From a virus (taxonomy: Duplodnaviria; Caudoviricetes), in IMG/VR virus record IMGVR_UViG_2576861683_000003, positions 1 to 64,000 of that record: a stretch of 64,000 bases of DNA; one strand, written 5' to 3'. This document shows positions 8,971 to 18,985 of the stretch, piece by piece; position 1 is the stretch's first letter; each line of letters starts with the position of its first letter. Below the pieces are notes generated by a model that did not search any database, was not told where the DNA came from, and saw nothing but the letters and a program-made list of their open reading frames with translations. The position numbers and the translations under genes were made by a program.

Positions 8971-10083
8971 TTGAACCCTTTTTGGCAAACGTTCTTGTGG
9001 ATAGCCGCTCTTTTTTGGGGAGCAATAGCATCATTGTTTGCAAATGAGATCATGTCTTTTTCTTCGCCGCTTCCTTCAAACTGGAACCATCCTCCCAATT
9101 ATTACACAATCATGTTCTTTTCAACGGCTGTTATTCTGACATTTGGTTTTGCTCTTAGTAACTGGGTAGCTAGAGCTCAAGATAGTATTGTCGTTGAATC
9201 AATGCTTACGATGCCACCACACGATTTCTGGTCAAGTTACGGAGAAAACTTTTCAATCGCATCACAGATGGTGGATAACAGATCAACATCAATGTTCAAC
9301 AGACTTGAAGAGCACAAAAACTCACCTGATAAGTTAGATTCTCTGCGCAAAGATTTAGAGAAAGATGCAAGAACAATTTTGGACTCAATTATCAACCTCG
9401 TTAAAAAGTGGGATTCATCAAACCTTCGAGGTAGTTCCGTAATTTATCGTGCAAATTTAATGAAAGTATATTATTTCGGTGACAGTGAAGATTGTATAAA
9501 ACCAGATTCGCAAATAGCTAAACAACTAAATGTGCATGGAAAACGTTTAACCCAACAACCGTTTAGTAGTCACTACTCAGGCTTTGTGGTGTTAGAAAAC
9601 AACATCTATACAACAACAACCGAAACGAGTTCTCCCACCCCTGACGCTGACAGAAAAGCGATTGCATTTCCGTTTACAAACTTAGTCAACGATTTAGAAT
9701 ACCCTATTTATTCAAATCTTTTAGGTGCACCTAAAGCAATTGTATCGCGTAGCGCATCGTATGTACCTGATGTAAACAACATTATTGATGACTATGAAAA
9801 AAATAGCACAGTGGTTGATAAAGAGATACTCGAGCAGCTTAAAGAGTATTACTCCGATACCTCTGTCGCTCATTCGATTCTCTCAATACCAGTTCGTAAT
9901 AGTGATACCTTGAAGGTTTCATTTGTACTAAATATCTATAGAAATCAAAATGGCCTTTTGTTTGAAGGTAGCAAAGTAAAAGATTTCGTTGAGATTATTC
10001 GACCTTTCATCACAACCTTAGCTCGACTCTTGGAAACCGGTGAATTGTTCGATCAATTAAGAAGCCAACACGAACAGCAATAA
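8971..10083 (+). CDS. Membrane-anchored protein with GAF-like C-terminus (homologue of 25703..27100)
   Basis: Two N-terminal TM segments; NLLGAP, SILSIPV and VLNIY motifs. Confidence 0.7.
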   Translation: MNPFWQTFLWIAALFWGAIASLFANEIMSFSSPLPSNWNHPPNYYTIMFFSTAVILTFGFALSNWVARAQDSIVVESMLTMPPHDFWSSYGENFSIASQMVDNRSTSMFNRLEEHKNSPDKLDSLRKDLEKDARTILDSIINLVKKWDSSNLRGSSVIYRANLMKVYYFGDSEDCIKPDSQIAKQLNVHGKRLTQQPFSSHYSGFVVLENNIYTTTTETSSPTPDADRKAIAFPFTNLVNDLEYPIYSNLLGAPKAIVSRSASYVPDVNNIIDDYEKNSTVVDKEILEQLKEYYSDTSVAHSILSIPVRNSDTLKVSFVLNIYRNQNGLLFEGSKVKDFVEIIRPFITTLARLLETGELFDQLRSQHEQQ

Positions 10084-10147
10084 ATGCTCTATGATTTACC
10101 ATAGAGTTAGAATACAAGGGAGTTATAAACAAAGGGGGGAAGCTAAT

Positions 10148-10270
10148 ATGACACAAACACAAAAAGCGCTTTTAAAGAAGGCGGATGCGTTAAAACGTCT
10201 TGGTAAAGCTGGTAATGCAAAGCAGTTAGCCGACAAACTGCAACAGACTCTTCAGACTCGTACAAGATAA
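10148..10270 (+). CDS. 40-aa basic helical peptide
   Basis: MTQTQKALLKKADALKRLGKAGNAKQLADKLQQTLQTRTR*; G-rich RBS upstream; hairpin at 10305-10339 downstream. Confidence 0.6.
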   Translation: MTQTQKALLKKADALKRLGKAGNAKQLADKLQQTLQTRTR

Positions 10271-10905
10271 TGGGGCATCAAAGCCTTCTATCCTCAAATA
10301 TTTATGACAAGCTTTTCATTTATAATAAAAGGCTTGTCATATCTCTGATATTATCATAAAAATCAGATTTAGCTTGGGTTGATTATGTGAATAGCCACTG
10401 ACATGATAGACCGATTTAGGTCGAGCCTCGTTGTAATATCTATTCAAGCCCAGCTTATTCAAGGCAAACTTCTTATAGCCTTAACTTTCAGCTATTTCTG
10501 TCCAAAAACGAGTACAAATGACTGTCTATAATTCACCCATGGCTGATTTTCAACCTTACCAAAACAATATGAATACCCACAGACATTAACTTTCTCGCTA
10601 GTAAGTATCTCAAAAACCTCAATTACGTCTGGGTCACCATAGCAAGCTACCCAACTTAAATAATCGCCATCACAATCAAAATTCAGTGTTTTGGGTGTTT
10701 TGCTCATTGGCTGGTGACAAGTCTGGCAATTGTTTATTTTACCTTCCTTTTAAGATTTTGAGTTCTATGCTGCTTAACATATTACAGTTTAGCCTGTTTT
10801 TCTCTCAACCAGCCCCTTGAACGCTGTTTGCAGACAGTTTAGTGCCAGAAGCGGGCATTATTATCGCTAATTATATTACCCAACATAGGTAAGTTCAAAA
10901 TACGA

Positions 10906-11664
10906 TCACATGTCAGTTTTTATTTGTTCAGTGGTTAATATACGCGTTTGTAATTGCAACACATCATCAGGCGAAAACCTATTTTCAACCCTTCTAAGAT
11001 GATTTATAATATCAATAATTTCATTATCATCTTTGACTATGATATATTTTATGTCTCTTGGATTAAAGGTTAATCGTAGGTGACTTATTTTATCATTATA
11101 TTCCTTTTTTTGTTGTTTTGTTCTTATTCTAGTAATGGGCACGAATGGTAATATGTCTTCTTCATTGATACTTGGAACATACCTCCATTCTTTTTCATCC
11201 GCAAATCTATAATTTTTAGTCACAAATTTAGATCTTTGTAGATCCCCCTCATAATTTTTAAGATATCTATAGATATCCATGAACTTCATGTAATTTTTAT
11301 TAAATTCTGTATGCTCTTTATCATCTATTATAAAATCCATTTGTCGATATAAAGCATTTAATGCTGAGGTAAATCCATCGGGGAACTCACTATTTTTATT
11401 TACATACCAAACAGGATTCAGTCCTTTCGAATTTGCCCATGATTTATTTAAACCAATACCATAATTACCATATTTAGCAATATGATCTTTTAGATCAGAT
11501 AGCTTAATATCACAGAAGGAAACCATAGGAATACCAAACTCCCTTGTTTCATTTCGACCTTGTATCCTTTCTCTCGCATATGATATTTTAAATGAGTGTT
11601 CGAGTATTTTTAATAATCCATCTCTATCAGTAAAATGAAATAATATTTCAGGGTGTAAGCTCAT
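10906..11664 (-). CDS. abiGi: AbiGi-family abortive-infection protein
   Basis: LFHFT, PMVSFCDI, YGNYGIGL.KSW...GLNPV.Y and EKEWRY motifs. Confidence 0.8.
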   Translation of the reverse strand: MSLHPEILFHFTDRDGLLKILEHSFKISYARERIQGRNETREFGIPMVSFCDIKLSDLKDHIAKYGNYGIGLNKSWANSKGLNPVWYVNKNSEFPDGFTSALNALYRQMDFIIDDKEHTEFNKNYMKFMDIYRYLKNYEGDLQRSKFVTKNYRFADEKEWRYVPSINEEDILPFVPITRIRTKQQKKEYNDKISHLRLTFNPRDIKYIIVKDDNEIIDIINHLRRVENRFSPDDVLQLQTRILTTEQIKTDM

Positions 11665-11769
11665 TATTATTCCTTATATTTATTCGATTTGCTTACATCA
11701 GAACATTACTCTCAATTCGGAAATGGTCAATAATTATATGAGATACATACCAAAATCTGTATCTCTAAC

Positions 11770-12920
11770 TAAATAGCTAAGTCTAATACCACCACACTTT
11801 TACCAATCCATACTTTCCACTAGAAAGCAGACTGATGGTTACCATAAAATTCCGAACTTTTTTCAGTTATTGTCACATTATTCAGCAGTGATGATTACGC
11901 GTTATCATGTCATGCAAAACTTACCATAGTCATTAGACATCGTTAATACACGAGAGAATAAACTGGCTGATAAATGACCGTGACTTTCAGAATGGCTTTC
12001 AGTCAGAACAGAGTTTCACTGTTCTTATAAAGAATATAATTATCAACAAAAAGCGTGACAGTATTTGCTCTGCGATAGATCGATTTCAAGTATTTTATCA
12101 ACCAGATAAAAACGCAGAGCTTTACTGTTACCACCGACATAACTGACTTTTCCTGTTCTTCTATGTAACTCTCCTACCAAATAGTATTTCTAATGCTACT
12201 CCTGAGTGACATCTCATTTTTGCTGACCTCATTGCTGCCAGTCCGTACCGATTTTTGAATAAAAATGAATACCGACTTCATCTTTATAAAAGACCAGACA
12301 TTCTGCCTTGTATTGCCCTAGCACATTATTGATTGCATCGATTTTTTCTCTTTATCAGGATCATGGTCGAGCAGTGTTGGCAAGGTTCTGTGCCAGACAA
12401 TACTGGTAGCAGGGAGCTATCGAAGCAGTGTTCCTACACAAATATAATGTCAAGCTGATTCATTGATTTTAATAGTTCCCTCCTGCTTTAGCGTAAACGT
12501 TGGCAACCGAAGTCAGCAGGAGTCAGCTTTATAAACGCCTACAATAATGCTCAGATGGTTTCAAACAGTGAACGCAAGGAGTGTCCCGCAAATAACAAGT
12601 TTAAACTATTAATATCGTACAGCATGAACCTATTTATCCAGCAACCAACTGAAAAGTGGGCATAGCATAAAACTTGGGAAACTTCATTGAATGTATATCT
12701 CCAATGTAACATCAACATCACAATAAACCTGCAGACATGGCGTTTATCGCGGATTTGCTACACATTTTTTTGCATCAGGTGTCATACATTACGAAGTATC
12801 GATGCTATGATTGTCATCGCTCAGTCTAGTTGGTGATTATGGTTGATTTGGCGATTGTTTAGAGCACACAATCTGGGCTGAATTCCTTTATGGTTATCTA
12901 TTATTTGATTCAACTATTTA
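11770..12920 (-). mobile_element. Full-length but degenerate IS630-family element
   Basis: TAAATAG...CTATTTA ends in a C-TA/TA-G context, about 1150 bp; broken transposase fragments MTIIA.., FYKDEV, TGKVSYVGGNSKSSAF, VDNY, YQPVYS. Confidence 0.85.
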
Positions 12921-13080
12921 GATTTACAAAAATAGATATTCTGGCTTAGCTAATAAAATTAATGGGTGAAACTTGGTTAAGTGTCATTGATATTTCTAAT
13001 TCAAGTGAAATTAGCTCACCGCTAGAATTTAAAGACAGTGAAATATCCAAAGGCCTCTGTCGATGTGTGTACCAAAAAAT

Positions 13081-13171
13081 TCATAACACATTGCACAACA
13101 AGAAAACACTGCTACGAAGCTCGTACATCCGCAAGCTATACTTACTCTGGCCTGTGTACAAGACGTTATGC
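13081..13171 (+). repeat. attC-like imperfect inverted repeat
   Basis: TCATAAC...GTTATGC with imperfectly paired arms, immediately before the next ORF. Confidence 0.5.
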
Positions 13172-13181
13172 ATAAATTCAA

Positions 13182-13793
13182 ATGTATGATCTGGAGAAAA
13201 TAATGTTGGAATTTGAGACAGCAAAGACAATTGCTGCTTTTGGTGGACTCGGACTCGGGGGACTAAATCTGGGGCTCTCCCTTTACAAAGACTTTTTCCG
13301 CATAGGTAATATTAAGGTTGAAATCGAAAAGTCAGAAATAAAATGGCGCTCAGCGGGCACATATGACTTTTTAGTCAGTTTAAATGTTATTGCTAGCGGA
13401 AAAGATGTATACCTAAAAAATATATGGATAGAACATCCTACAAAAGTATTTGGACCATTTAACCTATCATCAAAGCTTTACGCTAATAAAGTTGTAAAAC
13501 ACTTAGCTCAAGACATACTGGCTCTAGATACCGAGATGTATGAAGCAGAAGTGAAACGTTTATTTAAAAAATCTGAGTACATCAGGGATTTGTGCATCAA
13601 TGAAGGTCAACATAAAACTCTTACCATTACAGATAGGTTTGATTCTGAGCGATTAATAGATGGGTGGTTAGAAGTGCCATTAACCAAATGGAAATTAGTC
13701 ATTGACTACGGTACAAAAATCATTTTTATCCCATTCAATTTTACAAATACTAAGTCATCTGAAAACCATGCTTTTCACGATTGGCATGTATAA
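13182..13793 (+). CDS. Hypothetical protein with N-terminal TM helix (cassette-like gene)
   Basis: 203-aa ORF; hydrophobic Gly-rich N-terminus; stop codon lies inside GTATAAC. Confidence 0.65.
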   Translation: MYDLEKIMLEFETAKTIAAFGGLGLGGLNLGLSLYKDFFRIGNIKVEIEKSEIKWRSAGTYDFLVSLNVIASGKDVYLKNIWIEHPTKVFGPFNLSSKLYANKVVKHLAQDILALDTEMYEAEVKRLFKKSEYIRDLCINEGQHKTLTITDRFDSERLIDGWLEVPLTKWKLVIDYGTKIIFIPFNFTNTKSSENHAFHDWHV

Positions 13794-13858
13794 CAAAACG
13801 TAGCTGTCAGATAAATTTTCCACTACGCTCCAAATTTTTGCGGAGCGTAGTGCTATGC
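13788..13858 (+). repeat. Degenerate attC-like site with an internal 11-bp perfect stem
   Basis: GTATAAC...GCTATGC; cactacgctcc/ggagcgtagtg. Confidence 0.5.
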
Positions 13859-13982
13859 ATTTGATACTTTAATAAAATTTTCAATGATTTACCCGAGTAA
13901 CTAAACGTGAATTAACGAGCAATATAACCACTGTCAGAAAGAAGAAGTCTATAATCCCTACAAAATTAGCACCGCAAGAGAT

Positions 13983-14900
13983 TTATTCAACAGGCTCATC
14001 CTGAGAGGAAAATCGGTCTATCAAGTGATTGAAATTCGGCTCATCTATTTTAGACTGCTGTGGTTGGATAAAAGAAGAGCGATAAGGAATGCGAGAGTCA
14101 GACAAATCTTTTAATTCGATGAAGCTTAGGCTAGGATAGAAACTTGGCTCAGCGTCGGAAATAGCGTGGATAATTCGACCTGTAATCTCCCTATTTAAAG
14201 TAATTTCAGGAACTGGAGTGACTGATTTCATCTCTCGTCTCAGCCTATTTGTCTCCCCCTCCCATAATGCAGTCAAATAATTTTCATGTATGTGACTGCC
14301 GAAATATATTGAGTATAAGACTCATGCATTTGTAACTTATTAATTTGATGTATGTCTTCTTCATTGTTGATATCAATGACGATGCTTGCTGAGTCTCCAA
14401 TAATTTCATACGTCTCAGGATCGTACAGGAAGGCTAACAGTGATGGGCTTAGTAAAAAAATATCATCAACACTAAGTTAATATTACCCAGTTTGCTGCAT
14501 TTATAGTCGCTCAGGGCGATATTGGTAAACGATACTGGAGAATCGCTAAAAATGAATGGATAACTAGTAGTGTTTTTCATAATGATTAATATTAAGTCAC
14601 TAACTTCATCTACCTTGTCTGGCACATTCATAAGATTTACATACTGCATTATTTTAGGATCGCTAAAAGAGGAAAACACTTGTTTCATTGCTTGCTTTAT
14701 AGCATCGGTAGCCTCTTGTGAGTCCCCTGAGTCATAGTTTGCCAAGTCATCAATTGGGGGTTGGAAAAAATCTTTATAAAAGTCCTGTACAGGGGTTTCG
14801 TTGCTTCTGATCGTCTACCATAAACATTTTCTGTATTCTTAATATTGTAAGTTCCTAATATAAGAGGTTGCTAATTTGTGCTTTTCATCAGGAAACGGAC
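13983..14900 (-). pseudogene. Fragmented DUF4238-like gene
   Basis: N.TSYPFIFSDSPV motif in 14449..14745, with further fragments in other frames; boundaries approximate. Confidence 0.55.
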
Positions 14901-15147
14901 TGGCGGTTAGCATGAAATACTGGACTTTTTCAGTAACTACCACATTGTTCGACACCCACGATTACACGTTATCGTACTTGCAAAGCCTTTCATTGCCATT
15001 CAACATGGTTATGTCCATTTCTTTTAATCTAAATATTTTCAGGCTAATAACACTCCGGTAGCCATTAATCTCTATACTTCTGTTTTACACGACTTATGAA
15101 GGTTTTGAGTGCAGGAGATGAAGGTATAGATAGTATGCTGACAGATG

Positions 15148-15183
15148 ATATAATAACGCCGTATATATACGGCGTTATTATAT
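15148..15183. repeat. Perfect 36-bp palindrome, probable terminator of the GAPS4 operon
   Basis: ATATAATAACGCCGTATA-TATACGGCGTTATTATAT. Confidence 0.85.
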
Positions 15184-15184
15184 A

Positions 15185-16297
15185 TTACTTATCTTTATTA
15201 CGATGATGTTCGTAAGCGGTTATTTTTACGCTTTCTAGCGTTTTCATAATTGCTGATTTTATAGTGTTAATTTTTGAATTAGATACACCTTTACCATTAA
15301 AAGATTTGAAATCTATCACTAATTCGGCTGCTTCATTTTTTTTAGAGGCGTAATCAGGGAATTCATATGATATTTTACATTCAGCATCATAATCTATATC
15401 CTGCATTGTATAGTTAGCGACCAATTTTGCTATTTTTAGGCTCGGGTGAATACTCCTTTTTTTGAAGAATATAGAATCACCAAGAGTACCTTTTAGTTTG
15501 AACTCTTCTATATTTTTTTCTAACCACTTCATATCTGGAGGGAAGGTCGCATCTTCGTCTGGGTGAAAATCTACATCGATAATTTTCTTAAAATAGAATT
15601 CATTTTGAATATGATTTTCGGAAATATTTTTGAGGAAAGCTATGCGTTCTTCATTATTAAAATGGTTGAATTGTATTTTTAATATTTCAGCATTCCTCTT
15701 AATGTGACCATTGTCTTTAAAATGAGAATTTAATTTTTTAAGAATTTTATCCGCAACAAATTTTGTCTCATTAGATGTATGGCTGATTGATATATTTACT
15801 TCAACTTTATCATGTTGCCCATTTTTTTTTTCGAGCTCAACTCGACCTAAGAAAAATTGTTCTGTTTCATTCCATCCACTCATTAGATCAGTTCGTTTAA
15901 CTTCAAAATCTAGAGCAACTAGATTTTCTTGATCATCTTTAGCATAAAAGTCAGAAATAAAAGACAGTTCATAATTGCTGAATGGGTCATCGATTAAACC
16001 AGTTAGATCTATATCCCCACCAATTGCATCAATTAATGTATCTTCAGAATCCCATTCTAAAGTTCGCATGCTTATTTTAGAGCTATGTTCTTTAGTTTTT
16101 ACTTTTTCTATTAACTCATTAAACTCTGTTGGTGAAATCAATGACTTCATAAGCAAAGGAACAGTATTATTCTTTTCATCGCTTGAACAAAACACTCCCC
16201 TATTCCGTAATATTGATTTAACATCAGATTTTGTAATTTTACTCTGAGAGAGAAGAGTCTTTAAATTATCTCCGCTTGGTAATATAATATTATCCAT
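15185..16297 (-). CDS. gapS4b: GAPS4 anti-phage system subunit B
   Basis: LPSGDNLKTLLSQSKIT..D...LR.RGVF N-terminus; 3 nt downstream of the gapS4a-like gene. Confidence 0.7.
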   Translation of the reverse strand: MDNIILPSGDNLKTLLSQSKITKSDVKSILRNRGVFCSSDEKNNTVPLLMKSLISPTEFNELIEKVKTKEHSSKISMRTLEWDSEDTLIDAIGGDIDLTGLIDDPFSNYELSFISDFYAKDDQENLVALDFEVKRTDLMSGWNETEQFFLGRVELEKKNGQHDKVEVNISISHTSNETKFVADKILKKLNSHFKDNGHIKRNAEILKIQFNHFNNEERIAFLKNISENHIQNEFYFKKIIDVDFHPDEDATFPPDMKWLEKNIEEFKLKGTLGDSIFFKKRSIHPSLKIAKLVANYTMQDIDYDAECKISYEFPDYASKKNEAAELVIDFKSFNGKGVSNSKINTIKSAIMKTLESVKITAYEHHRNKDK

Positions 16298-16300
16298 TTA

Positions 16301-17209
16301 TTATCCCCTAAAATCACTACTATAAGATGCAATTTCTATATTGATATCTTTATCAGTTGCCAGCCTGATGGCATCTAATGATTCTTTGCTATTGAGTTGA
16401 TTATAATTTTTAAAAACAAACATTAGATTTTTTGAAATGTCGGCGACTAAATATCTGATGCAGTTTATTAACCCCTCTAATAAACCACTTGAATAATCAT
16501 CAGAGCATACCATGCATATTATTGGTTGTTCATTATTATCTTGTTCAATAACAAATGGGATTATTGGCGATGATATATATTCTACGGGGAGAGTTTTTCC
16601 AAAATATTTTTTCTGTACCATTGTTAGATTCAAGGATGTAGGAGGGTAGAAAAAATTGACCTTGTCTTCTCCGTATTTATTTCTAATGAATGTGATACTA
16701 TCAAATAAAAATTCAGCTCTTTTATTATCAATGACATGAATTGTTCTAAATTTTAAATTGCTATTGTTTTGTGTATTTTTGATTTGATTTATAATACTTT
16801 TCTTTTCAGGATTTTTATCATTATTAATGTAAAATAAAATCCCTGTTTCAACCTTCCGATATGAACCATTAGTACTGAGACGTTCATTAATTTCTTTTTT
16901 AAGATTTGATTTATTATAGCACTCTATCGCTAGTGCAATATCTTCAAAGTGCGCCCTAAATGTAGATGACACATTCGAATAAGGATTAGATGAGTATTTC
17001 GATGAGATTATAACGTTTTCAATAGTTTTACTCTCTAAAGGGGAATGGTAAGCGAAAAGTGCATCAATTCCATGCGTCTTTTTTTTATGCCTTTGAGTAT
17101 GACATTTGACATATTTATTCGTTACGTGGTTTTCCCAGCCAAACAAATCTAAGAAATTAGTCACAATATTTTCGCCAATATCACCAACTAATTTTGAGAA
17201 CTCACCCAT
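16301..17209 (-). CDS. gapS4a: GAPS4 subunit A, PD-(D/E)xK nuclease
   Basis: MGEFSKLVGDIGE, THGIDALF and ISSKYS motifs. Confidence 0.75.
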   Translation of the reverse strand: MGEFSKLVGDIGENIVTNFLDLFGWENHVTNKYVKCHTQRHKKKTHGIDALFAYHSPLESKTIENVIISSKYSSNPYSNVSSTFRAHFEDIALAIECYNKSNLKKEINERLSTNGSYRKVETGILFYINNDKNPEKKSIINQIKNTQNNSNLKFRTIHVIDNKRAEFLFDSITFIRNKYGEDKVNFFYPPTSLNLTMVQKKYFGKTLPVEYISSPIIPFVIEQDNNEQPIICMVCSDDYSSGLLEGLINCIRYLVADISKNLMFVFKNYNQLNSKESLDAIRLATDKDINIEIASYSSDFRG

Positions 17210-17658
17210 GATTTCATCCTTTCAATTTTATAAGATCGTTCGAGTACCATTGCATCGTTACTCGTCGCATTTTTAGATACAGTGCATAATTATAAATACC
17301 ACGAATACTATTTTTATCAACTTACGCTAACTATATTTCAATCTATGCGCTATAAAACCTTTGTTTATGTAAAATTGTCAACATGGCAGGTCTGAAACCA
17401 TAAGCTATAGCTCATCCTTTGTATCTGAGCAATTTAATCACTTAATACAATTCAGAATTCCACGTCTCAATTTCACTCAACGAGTAATCACTCTGAAGCT
17501 AATAACCAGAGGTTTTAAAAGCTCCGTTTTTTTGAGAAAAAATTAATTTCACTGAAGTGTTATACTTCTGCTATAAACGTGGAATAAATTCAATATAAAC
17601 AGTAACGGTTCTATAAAATTATAAGATAAATAGTGCTGTTAATCATAACGCAAGAGAA

Positions 17659-18936
17659 TTAACTTACAATTAAATCATCACTTAAATCAGCATAATCATA
17701 TAAATCAGCACGTTTTTGGTAGGAACGCCATAAAATAAATGGTTTATCAACGATTTTTATTCTTGAAGAACTAGCATCAAACTCGAATACTATAGGCTTT
17801 ATTGCTATTTTCGCTTGTAAATCAACTGACTTTCTCAGTGCTTGATTTAGTTTTTTAGATGAAACATTTGCACTTTTAGGATGTACTTTCTGTATCATTC
17901 TACGAGCAGCTGCTTCTGGTACACCTATCTCTAAATACTTTTCTTCAGCTGTTATTAATACAAATAAGATCCATTTATATAACTCTAGTGATGTTTGATC
18001 AAAACCACTACTAAAATCAGTTAAAAATTTAAAATACCTAGAGTATTGTTCATTTATAATACTTTCTATACTATCTTCAACACTAAAATTTTTCCCAACA
18101 ACTACAACCTCTTGCTGATTAGAATTTATATTAGCTAATTCACATGCTCGGTAACATAACTGTTGAGCCAAAAAAACACTACCTTTACATAATTGTATTA
18201 CTTTCTCTTTGAAATCATCTGAAAATTTTATATTTAAAATTTTCTCACTATTATCAAATAATATTTTAAAATCTTCTGGTTTCCAGATATCTGCATTAAT
18301 TGAAATAATTCTTCCCGCTAAATCTCCATTAAAAGTGGTCAATTTATCTTCATCAAGCCATACTCCCACAATTATAAAACACAGTTTTGATGATTCGTGG
18401 AATGCCTTCAATGCAACAGAAAAATCAATCTGTGTTTTCTCTGGTAAGTAATGAAAATCCTCTATAACAATAATTCTATTAAATGCAACTTCCTCTAAAG
18501 AACTTATAATATCATTTACATCTTCAGGATCTAACTCTAAATTTTTTTTATTAATTGTTTTAGCTGCATCACCGGTAATTTCAATTGCACCATTACCAAT
18601 AAAAGGTATATTTATTCCAAGCTTAACTTTAGCCGTTCCCTTCATTGTTTTACTAGTAGACATTGAAACTTCAAAACCAACTTGCTTTAATATAGCTATA
18701 TGTAAATGCTCTAGAGACCAATTATTAGAACACGTTATCTCTATATATTCATGTGAAGATAAATTTTTTTTTCTTAAGGATGTCTTTCCTTGTTTAGAAC
18801 TACCATAGACAACAACATGAGTTTCTTGAGCTAGAGCTTCAATAAATTTATCATCAGTATGTTCTCTCGTAACATAATTCTCAGGTAAATCTCTTGATGT
18901 TTTGAATACTGAAGATATAGTGCTACCACTTTTCAT
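17659..18936 (-). CDS. Stand-alone P-loop NTPase with helical/wHTH-like C-terminus
   Basis: Walker A GSSKQGKTS, Walker B IIVIEDFH; ORF track start is 18984. Confidence 0.75.
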   Translation of the reverse strand: MKSGSTISSVFKTSRDLPENYVTREHTDDKFIEALAQETHVVVYGSSKQGKTSLRKKNLSSHEYIEITCSNNWSLEHLHIAILKQVGFEVSMSTSKTMKGTAKVKLGINIPFIGNGAIEITGDAAKTINKKNLELDPEDVNDIISSLEEVAFNRIIVIEDFHYLPEKTQIDFSVALKAFHESSKLCFIIVGVWLDEDKLTTFNGDLAGRIISINADIWKPEDFKILFDNSEKILNIKFSDDFKEKVIQLCKGSVFLAQQLCYRACELANINSNQQEVVVVGKNFSVEDSIESIINEQYSRYFKFLTDFSSGFDQTSLELYKWILFVLITAEEKYLEIGVPEAAARRMIQKVHPKSANVSSKKLNQALRKSVDLQAKIAIKPIVFEFDASSSRIKIVDKPFILWRSYQKRADLYDYADLSDDLIVS

Positions 18937-18985
18937 TAGTACATTCTCATAGATACCATTAATATGGTACAATAACATTTCCAAA

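Noticed and set aside
10492-10707. 71-aa ORF downstream of AbiGi as its partner toxin
   Set aside because: Short, appears fragmentary, separated by a hairpin motif, and shows no AbiGii resemblance
12962-13189. 75-aa ORF as a real gene
   Set aside because: Runs through the attC-like site; more likely a remnant of a truncated upstream cassette
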